From Raja brachyura (Eukaryota): a DNA stretch of 64,000 nucleotides. The stretch lies in NCBI GenBank assembly GCA_963514005.1, contig OY740804.1, positions 5,766,001 through 5,830,000 on the forward strand, in the 5' to 3' direction. Below the pieces are notes generated by a model that did not search any database, was not told the origin of the DNA, and saw nothing but the letters and a program-made list of their open reading frames with translations. The position numbers and the translations under genes were made by a program. The first letter of the stretch is position 1. Each line of letters begins with the position of its first letter. Positions 49,401-61,400 of the stretch are shown here, piece after piece.

Positions 49401-52400
49401 TTCAGACCAGAGACATTGTTCATGAAGCAATATGACACATCATGGAACGATTTAGGTTTTCTTGCAAGTAATCTTCAAAATGTACCCATTTTCCATTAAA
49501 CAGTTCATTTGCTCTCCATCTGAAAGTTTTCCCCCTCCATTTCAGTTGCAGTGTGGGGAGAGAGTAATGTAACAGGAGTTGTGGGAAGAGCGATCACAAT
49601 CGATTGTCACTATGCACCAGAGTACCGCTCACACACAAAATACTGGTGCCGTGGGAGAAGTCGCCAATGTACAGATATGGTGGAAACAAATGGGCAACAC
49701 GGACGGAGTGGAAGAGTGTCAATCACAGATATACAGGCACTAAGAATATTTGGTGTGCGTGTGGAAGACCTTCACTCTGGAGATACAGGATGGTACAGCT
49801 GTGGGATTACAACATCTGCCGACCATTCAATGTTCCACGTATATCTCCAAGTATCTGATGGTACGTTTCGCAGCGATTGACGACGTCGCCACTGAAATAA
49901 TCCTCCGACATTTTCGCAACCTACAACGGAATCCCACAAGTAGCCACATCTTTCCATCTCCACCGCTTTCTGCTTTCCGAAGAGACAGTTCCCTCCGCAA
50001 TTCCCTGGTCAATTCGCTCTTTCCCACCCAAACCACCCCGTCCCCAGGTACCTTCCCCTTCAACTACAGGAGATACAACACCTGTCCCTATATCACTCCC
50101 ATCTACTCCGTCCAAGGGTCTCAACAGTCTTTTCGGGCGAGGCAGAGGGTCACTTGCATCTCCTCCAACATCATCTACTATGTCTGCTGTTCCAGGTGTG
50201 AACAAGCGGATGTAGTAGATGGGAGACCAAGCGCAGACTGGGCGATCCTTTCGCTGAACAACTCCGCTCACTCTGCCTCGGCCTTCGCCACTTCCCGATT
50301 GCTAAACACTTTTATTCCCCCTCTCATTCTTAAACTGATCTTTCTGTCCTGGACCTCCTCCAGTGTCAGAGTGAGGCCAAAGGCAAATTGTAGGAACAGC
50401 GCCTCATATTTCGCGTGGGCAGCTTACAACCCAGCGGTTTGAATATTGACTTCTCTAACTTCAGTAACCCTTGCTTTACTCCTGTCTCCATCCCGCCCCC
50501 AACCGAAGCCTCCAATTCGTTTCACTGGCTTCCTGATTATATTTTACTGAGTGTCTGCCTCGGCGTCACCTTCCCTTCAGCTGACAATGATCCATTCTAC
50601 ATTTTCCTTTAACATTGTCACCTTTGATCACTTGTTTTAACACCTTACCCTTCCATTTCTCTTCTGTCACCCCGAACATGACTGTCAGGCTGAAGAAATG
50701 TCTCGACCCGAAACTTCCCCCATTCATTCTCTCGAGAGATGTTGCCTGCTCCGCTGTGTTACTCCAGCATGTTGTGCCTATCCTAAAGGGATCGTGATTA
50801 GTTTTCGCGTTTAAATTTCAAAGCATTGGATAGGGTTATTGGCACGCTAGTCTTCATCAGTGAGAACATTCAGAACCTAATTTGCTTCAGATGTGCAGAT
50901 GTTGAGTCCACACTTTGGGAATTGTGTTCAGCTTTCGTCCCTCAGCTCCATGAAAACTGCCTTTGAGGTGGACGACATTGCCTGGACAGGATGGGATTGA
51001 CGCAGGGAGCGATTGGACAAACTCAGACTACATTCCTGGGTGTGGAAATGATTGAACGAGGAACTTACGGAAATGTATCAATCATGTGAAGCATATTCAT
51101 TTTCCCACGATGTGTGGAATCAAAAAGTGGAGGACAGATGCAATGGGAACTATTTAAAGAGGGGGTAATAGTACGGAGCCATTGACTGTAATGGCATGTT
51201 TTGCACAGATCAGTGACCGAAGCTGAACACAATTCGCCCAAGTTCGAACTCAATCACATAGGTACAACTGAAACAAAACATCCCAACTTATGTTCTGAGG
51301 GACAACATTTTCCACACATTGGGTAATATGCACATGGAACCTGTTGCCAGGGGGAAGTTGGTGAGGCACTAAGAATAACAGCATTTAAGATAAATGTTGG
51401 ATATTTGCATAGATTGGGATCATTGCGAGTGATAAATGAGAAACGCGGATATATGAAAATGCCCTCGAGAGACATGTTGGTCGGCATGAATGAGCTGTTG
51501 CGACGGGCATCTTTCGGTTCTCTATAACTCTAACCTTCTTCGGTTTCTGGGCTTCGCACACTCACAGAGATGTAGATGAGCCGATGAAATATCAACCGGA
51601 GGGTTCGGGCTGAGATAAAGGGCTGCTGAGATTTAGCATGTGTTTGGTTTTTAACTGTTCATACAGGTGACTGAATGTTTGTTCCATTCCCACAGAACCC
51701 GTGTCTGCTCCTGTGCTCAGATATCTGTCACCAGCAAATACCTCACGTCTCGGAGGCTCAGTGTCAGTGTCGTGTGAGTCTGTCCGTGGATCCCTTCCCA
51801 TCCAATACACATGGTTTGAGAAGAACGAGCATTGGGTTTCAACGATCTTGAAAAGCAAGCAACTGGATCTGAGTTGTGAAATCCTCAGAGGTGAACACCT
51901 TCAATATTACTGCACAGCCGCAAATAATCGTGGGACAAAATCCAGTGAAATAGTCAAGGTGAAAGTCTTCAAAGGAGCAGGAACGTGCAGTTATGTGACT
52001 GAAATGAACAATGCAGGTGAGTGTCCCTCTCGTGCCCCTGAACCTGCTGCTATTCACCTTGTGGCGATGTTTGTGGATTTCTTGTTATTTGCAGACGGCA
52101 TCATTGCAGCCACCGTGAGCTCATGGTGTAAAATGCGAGAGTTTGTTTGGGGGACTGGCAAATAATTGCCTGTTGCTTTCACCTGGGAGGTGTTGAGCTT
52201 CGAAAGGAGAGAAAGGCCTGCACTTATCACAACGAGTTGAGTGCATTCCATCAAAGTTCTGCCTTCTGCGTTAAAAATGATTTTCTGGCTGCCGCTTAAG
52301 GTCTCAGTCACTTTGAGACAGAGAAGGCAACCAACTTGATTCTGTTTGGATCCACCATCATTTACATCCAAGGATGTACAATTTCATGATCATGTTCATG

Positions 52401-55400
52401 ATTTTAACTCTGTTAATTGGTGTTAAACTCCAGTAATCTCACAAAATTAAAGTGGTATCTCCTTGACCGTCACTCCATCAAGAATAACCCTTACTTATGT
52501 CAAAGATAATTTTGAAATGAAACCCCATCCTCAACCTCCCCCGTTGATGCAGAGCAGCAGCAGTTAGCACCATCTGCACTATGCAATGCAGCAACTCACC
52601 AAGATTCGCAAGACATTCCCTTCCAATTGCAACAGGCTCCGTGTTCAATGCATCATTCTTCACCATTCACACCCTCATTGGCTGGGAAGCGCTTTGGAAT
52701 GACCTGTGTAGATGGTGAGGGACGGTGTACAGTATCTGTCTCTCATCGCAATCTAAGTGGATTTCAACAGTTAAAAACATCATTAGGCGAACTCCCCTAT
52801 GCACATTGATGCGTACTATAATGCACATATTTGTGAAAGGTTCATTTTGCTCTTCACTTTATGAAAGATTTCCCCTTCAGTTTCAGGAGCACTGTGGGCA
52901 GAGAGCGAAGTAAGCGGGGTTGTGGGAAGAGCGATCTCAATCGATTGTCACTATGCAGCAGTGTACCGCTCACACACAAAATACTGGTGCCCTGGGACAA
53001 GTCGCCAGTGTACGCATGTAGTGGAAACAAATGGGAAACATGGACAGAGCGGAAGGGTGTCAATCACAGATAACCCGGCACGAGGAATATTTACTGTGAC
53101 TGTGGAGGATCTTCACTCTGGTGATACAGGATGGTACAGCTGTGGAATTACTACACCTGGCGAACCAACATTTAATGTACATCTCCAAGTATCTGAAGGT
53201 AGGTTTCTCAGTGAGTGACTTCATGTCTCGACTTTGGCATCTGCATAAAACATATGTTGGGTCACATATGGGAGTCTGGCGCACAGTTCTGGTCGCTGCT
53301 TTATAAAACAAATGATGTGAAAGGTTTGGAGAAGTTGCAGAAAAGGTTCACCGGGATATTTAGTTGTAGTTTACAAATGTAACATGGAAACGGATCCTTC
53401 GGTCCACCGAGTCCGCACCGACTAGCGATCACTGGTCACACTAGTTCTATGTTATTCCACTTTCCCATTCGCTCACTGCACACAAATTTACAATACCGCC
53501 ATTCACACACCTCATTAGTGCCACATTATCACTATCAACAATTCTATACAAGGAAATAAAAAAGTTGTTGATAGTGATACTGTTGCACTAATGAGGTGTT
53601 TGAATGTTGGTATTGTAGAATTATGGCAGAGTTTCAGATTAAAAGAAGAACTGCAGATGCTGGAATTGCAAAACAAAGAGAGATGGTGCTGCTGTGTACT
53701 GGTACAGTGGCAGACATGGTTGTTCGGCAGCTGGGAGGATGGAGAGACACTGAGATGTTCAAATCTGGTAAATTGTGAGGAGAAGGAGCAGAGAAGACTT
53801 ACAAGGATGTTCCGATGACTTGAGGGCCTGACATACAGAGAGGGTTTAAGCGGATTAGGACTTTATTTCTTGGAGCACAGGAGGATGAGGGATGATCTTA
53901 CGGCAGGTAAAAAATCATGCGAGGAATAAATCGATTAAACACACAGAGTCTTTTGCCCAGAGTAGGGGAATCGAGAACCGGAGGACAAAGTTTTAATATG
54001 AGGGGGGAATGATTTGACAGGAACCTGGGGAGTAACGTTTTTACACAAAGGTTGGTAGGTACATGAAATGAACTGTCGACAGAAGTAGTTATGGCAGGTA
54101 CTATCGTAACATTTACGAAAATATTGGACAGGTACCCGAATAGGATATGTTTAGATGGTTAAGGGCCAAGAAAGGGCAGGTGGAACTAGTGTAGTTTGGG
54201 CGTGTTGGTCAGCGTGGGCAAGTTAGACCGAAGGGCCTGTTTCTACGCTGTATGACTCTATGATTCTATGTAGATGGATGGGTCAGATTCCAACCTGGCG
54301 GCTCTGGCTAAGATATGGTGGATATTGGCGAGTGTTTGATTTTCAGATGTTCGCCCAGTGTCTGACTGTTTGCTCCATTCCGACAGAACCCGTGTCTGTT
54401 CCTGTGCTTGGATTCCTTTCACCAGTCAATGACTCCTGTCTCGGGGGCTCAGTGACAGTGTCCTGTGAGTCGGTCAGTGGATCACTTCCAATTAGCTACA
54501 CCTGGTATGAAAATACCCCATCTGGGGATTCAAATATCTCAGATCAAAATGCTCTGGATCTACATTGTCAATCCTTCAAACACCAGCACCATCAATATTA
54601 CTGCACAGCCTCCAATAATAATGGAACAAAATCCAGTGAAATGGTCAATGTGTCCATCTCCAGCAGTGGTATGTCCTGTAGTTTTCTAGTGAAAACCAAC
54701 GGCACTGGTAAGTAGTGGAGGGAAAGAGGAGAAGAAGGGGAAGTGGGGGTGGGGCGGTTTATCAGATCACAATTGATAGAAGCAGAAATAGACCATTCAA
54801 TTATGACTGATCTATCGTCCCCTCTTCATCCCACTCTCCTGTCTTCTCCACATAACCCCGACACCCTGAAATCCATGCACATTCTTTAATGAACTTATCA
54901 ATATTAAAATTATGGATTATTGCCCATCTGTCAATACTTGGTTGCTGGGCTCCAGGAATAGTTTCCCCAGTGCTGGTGAAGGGCAGATTCCTGGCTAGAA
55001 CTTCCTCTTATATTTACACAATTTTAAGCTAATTTTGCAGTGACATCAGTCCAAGCACTTTCACTTTCCCGCCATCATCTCCACATGACCGACACTCAAA
55101 TATGGGAAGGGAACAGAAATTATCCGTAAATGGAGCCACAGTTAAATCCTCGAGGACTGTGTCAGTTTTGGTCCAATGTGATAATGTTGACCATTAAGTA
55201 CCATAGATACTAATCCCATTTACCAGCACCCCACCCACAGTCTTCTCAGACTTGACAATTCAAGTGTCTTCACCATCTAGCTTTTAAAAATTTTCGTTGC
55301 TCAGATACCCTCTAAATATTCTACTCCTTAACCCAACCCTATGTTCTCCACATCTATGCACATCTGCTGTGCTGATTTCCCACAAAGTACCCTATCTATG

Positions 55401-58400
55401 TTCCTAATAGCTTTACACACCTGTAATAGGTTCCCCCTTCATTTCCTGTGTGGATTAAAATCCCCATCTGTGCAGCCTCTCCTTCGAACTGTAATATTTC
55501 ATCCCAGGCACTATCCCTCGCATGCAATCACATCCTTTAGTTCAGTTTAGACATCCAGCGTGGAAGCAGCTGCCTTTAACTAGTTCCATCCTACTAGTTC
55601 CATCCTACTCACTAGGGACAATTTACAGAAGGCAATTAACCTAAAAACCTGCATGTCTTTAGAATGTGGGAGAAACCCGGACCACTTGAATAAAACCCAC
55701 CAAGTCACATGGAGAACATACAAACTCCATGCAGACAGTACCCGTAGTCAGGATTGAACTCGGGTCTCCTGTGCTGTACGACAGCAGCTCAACAGCTGGG
55801 CCACTGTGCCGCCTTTCTGTTGGCGATCTGAGTCGTAACCAGTGGTCCAGCTTATCATGACAACATCTCCCATTTGCTGCAAATTACACTGAACAAACAT
55901 TGCCCTGTCAATTAAAGCTATAAACTCCTTATATCGGACAAACATGCTCTCTTGTTCAACTGCAAGTGAAAAGCAGTGAAACTAATTTTTATTTCCTTGT
56001 TCCAACAGGACTTGAATATTCTTGTGAAACTTCGAAAAACCCAAATTATTCTTCAAGGTAAACTACTCTGCTTCCAATGAAAGGTGCCATCTACTAATTG
56101 CTGGTGTTTTGATTGGGGTTGCTTAAATTGGGAGAAAGTTGTGCTTCAATTGGGAGACAGTTGTGTCTTCCGTTCACTGGCATTAAAGGCCCTTGACAGT
56201 ATTGGTCTGAATGCACAGTGATACAGCCAGTGGAGCCACAGCCTAACAATGCCAAGACCCTGAACTTGTCGATGTGCCATCTATGTGTGTTCTGCAAATT
56301 TCGCCTTTCATTGTGTTGGAAGGAACTGCAAATGCTGGTTTAAACTGAATATAGGCACAAAAAACTGAGTCACTCGGCGGGTCAGACAGAACCTTTGGAG
56401 AAAAGGGATAGGTGACGTTTTGGGTAGAGACCCTTCTTCAGAGTGAGAGTAGGGGGAAAGGGAAACGAGAGCGATATCGATGGTGATATAGAAAGGTATA
56501 AAACATTGAATGATAAATATGCAACAAAAGTCACTATGATGAATGAAACGATTCATTGTTAGCTGTGGGCTAGGTGAAAACGAGTTGTATGGACAATGAG
56601 ACATTACAAGACAACAGTGCCATTTGTACAATGACTAGGGTGGCGGAGGGACGGTGAGAGAGGGGATGCAAGGGTTATTTGAAGTTATAGAAATCAATAT
56701 TTATACCGTTTGACTGTAAGATGCCCAAGCAAAATATGTGGTGCTGTTCCTTCAATTTCCATTTGGCCTCACTCTGGCAATGGAGAAAGTCCAGAATAGA
56801 ACAGTCAGTGTGGGAATGGGAGGGGTATTTAAATAGTTTAGCAACTGGGAGATCATATAGTCCCAGGCAGACTGAGCGTATCCGTTCAGTAAAACGATTG
56901 TCCAGTCAACGTTTGGTCTTGCTGATGTATACGAGTCCACACCTGATCCAATAGATGAGGTTTGAGGCGGTTCAAATGAATTCTGCCGTACCTCAAATGA
57001 CTGTTGAGTTCCTTGGACTGTCGAGGGAGGAGTTATAGGGACAGACTGATTCCTGGGATGTCAGGACTTTCATATGAAGAAAGACTTGATAGACTCGGCT
57101 TGTACTCACTGGAATTTAGAAGATTGAGGGGTGATCTTATAGAAACTTACAAAATTCTTAAGGGGTTGGACAAGGTAGATGCAGGAAGATTGTTCCCGAT
57201 GTTGGCGGAGTCCAGAACAAGGGGTCGAAGGGCCGAATGGCCTACTCCTGTACCTATTTTTCCATGTTTCTATGTTTCTATTTCCTGCAGTTGAACGGGA
57301 AGGTACCTGGGGAGAGGGTGGTTTGGATACGTAAGGATGAGATCACCAGGGAGGTATAGGTCATAAGGCCATAAGGGATAGGAGTAGAATTGGGGCATTC
57401 AACAGGGAACGGTCTCCTGCACACGACCTGGCATTCAAATGAATTTGGGCCATCTCCAAAACATCCCTCCACTTTCTCGATCACACTGTCTCCATCACAG
57501 GAGATAGGCTATCAGTGGATGTCTATTATAAACTGACTGACTCCCACAACTATCTCGACCACACTTCTTCTCACAGGATTTGTGTAAATGTGGTTGATGG
57601 TCAGCGCAGATCTGAAGGGCCAAATGGCCTGTTTCCATACTGTGTCTCTCTATGGATCCTACGAGGCCAAATATCAGAAAATATAACCAATGCTTTTCCA
57701 TGTGTTTCAAGCCTGACACCGAAAGATAAATTTATCTCCTAAATATTCTTCTACACAAGAGTTTAGAAGAATGAGGAGGGACCTCATTCAGACACGCATA
57801 ATAGTGAAAGGCTAGGATAGAATGAATGTGGAGAGGGTGTTTCCACCAGTGGGAGTGTCTAGGATTAGAGGACGTAGCCTCAGACTTAGATGTTCTTTTT
57901 AGGAAGGAGAATATCTTCAGTTCAAGGGTGGTGAATCTGTGGAATTATTTGTCACAGAATGCTGTGAAGGCCAAGTCAGTGTATACACTTAAGGCAGAGA
58001 TAGATAGATTATTCTTTCATACAGGTGTTGGACGTTCTGAGGAGAGGGCAGGAAATGGGGTTAGGTGGGAGAGAATGCTCAGTCAGGATTGTATGGCGGA
58101 GTAGACTTGATGAGCCGATTGGCCTAATTCTGCTCCTATTCCTTATGATCTTATTCTATAATAATATGTATATAACTTGCAACCCAGATATTAGTTAACT
58201 CATCAGAAAGGGAATTGAACTTGTTTACATCTCATTGTATGGTGTATATGCTAGGGTTATCAGAACAGGATCCTTCATTTGTTGCCATTCATAGCCAATA
58301 CGGGCTGAAAAGATGGCCAGGAATATAAAGAAGGACAGTAAAAGCTTATTTAGATATGTTAAGGGGAAAAGCATAGCAAAATCAGATGTGGGCCCCTTGA

Positions 58401-61400
58401 AGGCATACACGGGTGAAATTATTATGGGGAACAAGGAAATGGCAGAGGAGTTGAACAGGTACTTCGGATCTGTCTTCACTATGGGAGACACAAACAATCT
58501 CCCAGGAGTACTGGAGGACAGAGGATCTAAGGGGGTAGAGGAACTGAAAGAAATTATCATTAGGAGAGAAATAGTATTGGGTAGGCTAATGGGACTGAAG
58601 GATGATAAATCCCCTGGGCCTGCTGGTCTGCATCCCAGGGTCCTCAGGGAGGTGGCTCTAGAAATAGTGGACGCATTGGTGATCATTTTCCAATGTTCAA
58701 TAGATTCAGGATCAGTTCCTGTGGATTGGAGGATAGCTAATGTTATCCCACTTTTCAAGAAAGGAGCGAGAGAGAAAATTGCGAATACAGACCAGCTAGC
58801 CTGACTTCGGTGGTGGGAAAGATGCTGTTGTCAATCATTAAAGAGGTAATAATGGGGTATTTGGATAGCAGTAAAATAATTAGTAATAAAGTAATTAAAG
58901 TCAGCATGGATTTTTGAAAGGGTCATCATGCTTGACCAATCTTCTGGAATTTTTTGATGATGTGACAAGTAAAATGGATGAAGGGGAGTCAGTGGATGTA
59001 GTGTATCTAGACTTTCAGAAAGCCTTTGATAAGGTCCCACACGGGAGACTGGTGACTAAAATTAGAGCACATGGTATTGGGGAGTAGGGTGTTGGCGTGC
59101 ATAGAAAATTGGTTGGCAGACAGGAAGCAAAGAGTAGGAGTGAACGGGTCCTTTTCAGAATGGCAGGCAGTGGCGAGTGGCGTGCCACAAGGCTCGGTGT
59201 TGGGGCCACAACTGTTTATCATATATATTAATGATTTGGAAGAGGGAATTAGGAGCAACACTAGCAAATTTGTGGATGACACTGGGTGGCAGAGTGAACT
59301 GTGAAGAGGGTGTTAGGAGGTTGCAAGGTGACCTGGACAGGTTGAGTGAGTGGGCAGATGTGTGGCAGATGCAGTATAACATAGATAAATGTGAGGTTAT
59401 CCACTTTGCTGACAAAAACAAGGGGGCAGATTATTATCTCAACGAGGTTAGGTAAGGGAGAGGTACAGCGAGACCTGGGTGTCCTTGTACACTGGTCACT
59501 GAAAGTCGGTGTGCAGGTACAACAGGCAGTGTAGAAAGCTAATGGAATGTTGGCCTATATAACAAGAGGATTTCAGTATAGGAGTAGAGATGTTCTGCAG
59601 TTGTATGGGGCTCTGTTAACACCACATCTGGAGTATTGTGTACAGTTTTGATTTCGTAATTTGAGGAAGGACATCCATGTGATTGAGGCAGTGCTGCGTA
59701 GGTTCATGAGATTGATCCCTGAGATGGCGGGACTGTCAAATGAGGAAAGATTCAAAAGACTAGGCTTCTATTCACTTGAGATTAGAAGGATGAGGGGGAG
59801 TCTTATAGAAACATATAACATTTTAAAAGGAAATTATAAAAGGACTGGACACGCTAGATGCAGCAAAAATGATCCCAATGTTGGGCGAGTCCAGATCCAG
59901 GGGCCACAGTCTTAGAATAAAGGGGAGGCCATTTAAGACTGAGGTGAGAAAAAACGTTTTCACCCAGAGAGTTGTGAATTTGTAGAATTCCCTGACACAG
60001 AAGGCCAAATCACTGGATGGATTTAATAGAGAGTTAGATAGAACTCTAGGTGCTGGTGGAATCAACGGATATGGGGAAAAGGCCGGCACGGGTTATTGAT
60101 TGGGGACGATCAGCCATGATCACAATGAATGGCGGTGCTGGCTCAAAGGGCCGAATGGCCTCCTCCTGCACCTATTTTCAATGTTTTTATGTTTCCATGT
60201 TTCTATGTTTCTATAGGGCGTTCCGTGCAGTATTCACCATGGCATCTCCATCACTAACCTCACCCCATGCTGTGAGATGAGTATGGTTGCCAAACACAAC
60301 TACTGCTGCTTTGCCTTGCTGTCACCTGCTCTGGTGTGGTACTGATAGGAAAATGCATAGTGAATATTGGGCTGAAACACCACCTTACAGAGTTGGTCCA
60401 CCTAGAGCGTGACCCTGAGTGGTAGGAACGTTAATTCACACTGCTGACCTTGAGATAGTCATGGTGAGCCATTTTCCGAAGATGTTCCATATTGCAGACA
60501 GCTCTAAATAAACAGTCAATGTCCAAACAAATGTTGGTGGACGTGGAGATGGAGTTGAAAATGGCATTGGGTGAGATTTGGTGAATGAAGTGTATTGTTT
60601 TCACTTTGGCATGGTGTTCTCTCCACCGAGGTTGGAACAGGGTTGTAGAACCGTGTTCACAAAGTGGTGATTTGAAGGATAGCTCCAAATATTTGGGTAA
60701 ATCTTTCAGTTACCACACCACTACAGTACTGAGGGAGGGTGCGTGCTAGCTGTAAGATATGAAAACTCCAATAACAGTGGCATGGTGGGACAGCGATATA
60801 GTTGCTGCCTTATTGCCCCAGAGATTATGTTCGATCCTGACTACGGTTGTTGTCTTTGTGGAGTTTGTTCATTCTCTCAGTGACCATGTGGGTGTTCTCC
60901 AGGTGTTCGCGATTTCTCCCACATTCCAAAGACGTGCAGGTTTGTAGCTTAATTGGCTTCTGTAAATTGTCTCTAATGTTTAGGGTATATCTAATATATG
61001 GTGATTGCTGGTCGATGCAGATTTGGTGGGCCGAAAGTCATATTTCCATGCTGTATCTCTAAAATAAAATAAATTAAACTAAACTAAACTAAACCAAACT
61101 CAGCTGAACTAAACTAAAGTAATCATTGCTATTAAAATGTAACAGTTCCCATGCATTGTTTGTGAAGGAGAAGCATGGGTTCCTTAGTGGTTGGACGCAA
61201 TTGCTCTTGAACCAGTTTCACGCTCGTTGGTCAATGTAACCTTAATGTGAGCAGATTAGCTGCTGCATTTCCCACAGAAACAGATTCTACACGTAATTTC
61301 CTTTGCTGCACACTTTTATAAAATCATGAAGGGGGCCATATAAATGCTTGACATTTGTTCTTTACTGAAGTCCAAGAATCAATGATGAGCCATGTCTCAC

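Noticed and set aside
52386-52435. Possible separate leader exon for V4 ([15 protein letters not shown])
   Set aside because: No similarity to the three real leaders and no phase-1 GT donor. There is also no TM exon upstream that would close a separate V-V-V-C2 gene.
42161-53198. Tandem V exons as rearranging V gene segments (Ig/TCR/NAR-like)
   Set aside because: Each V exon encodes its own G strand and ends in a GT donor. I saw no heptamer/nonamer RSS at the 3' ends and no J or C1 exons.
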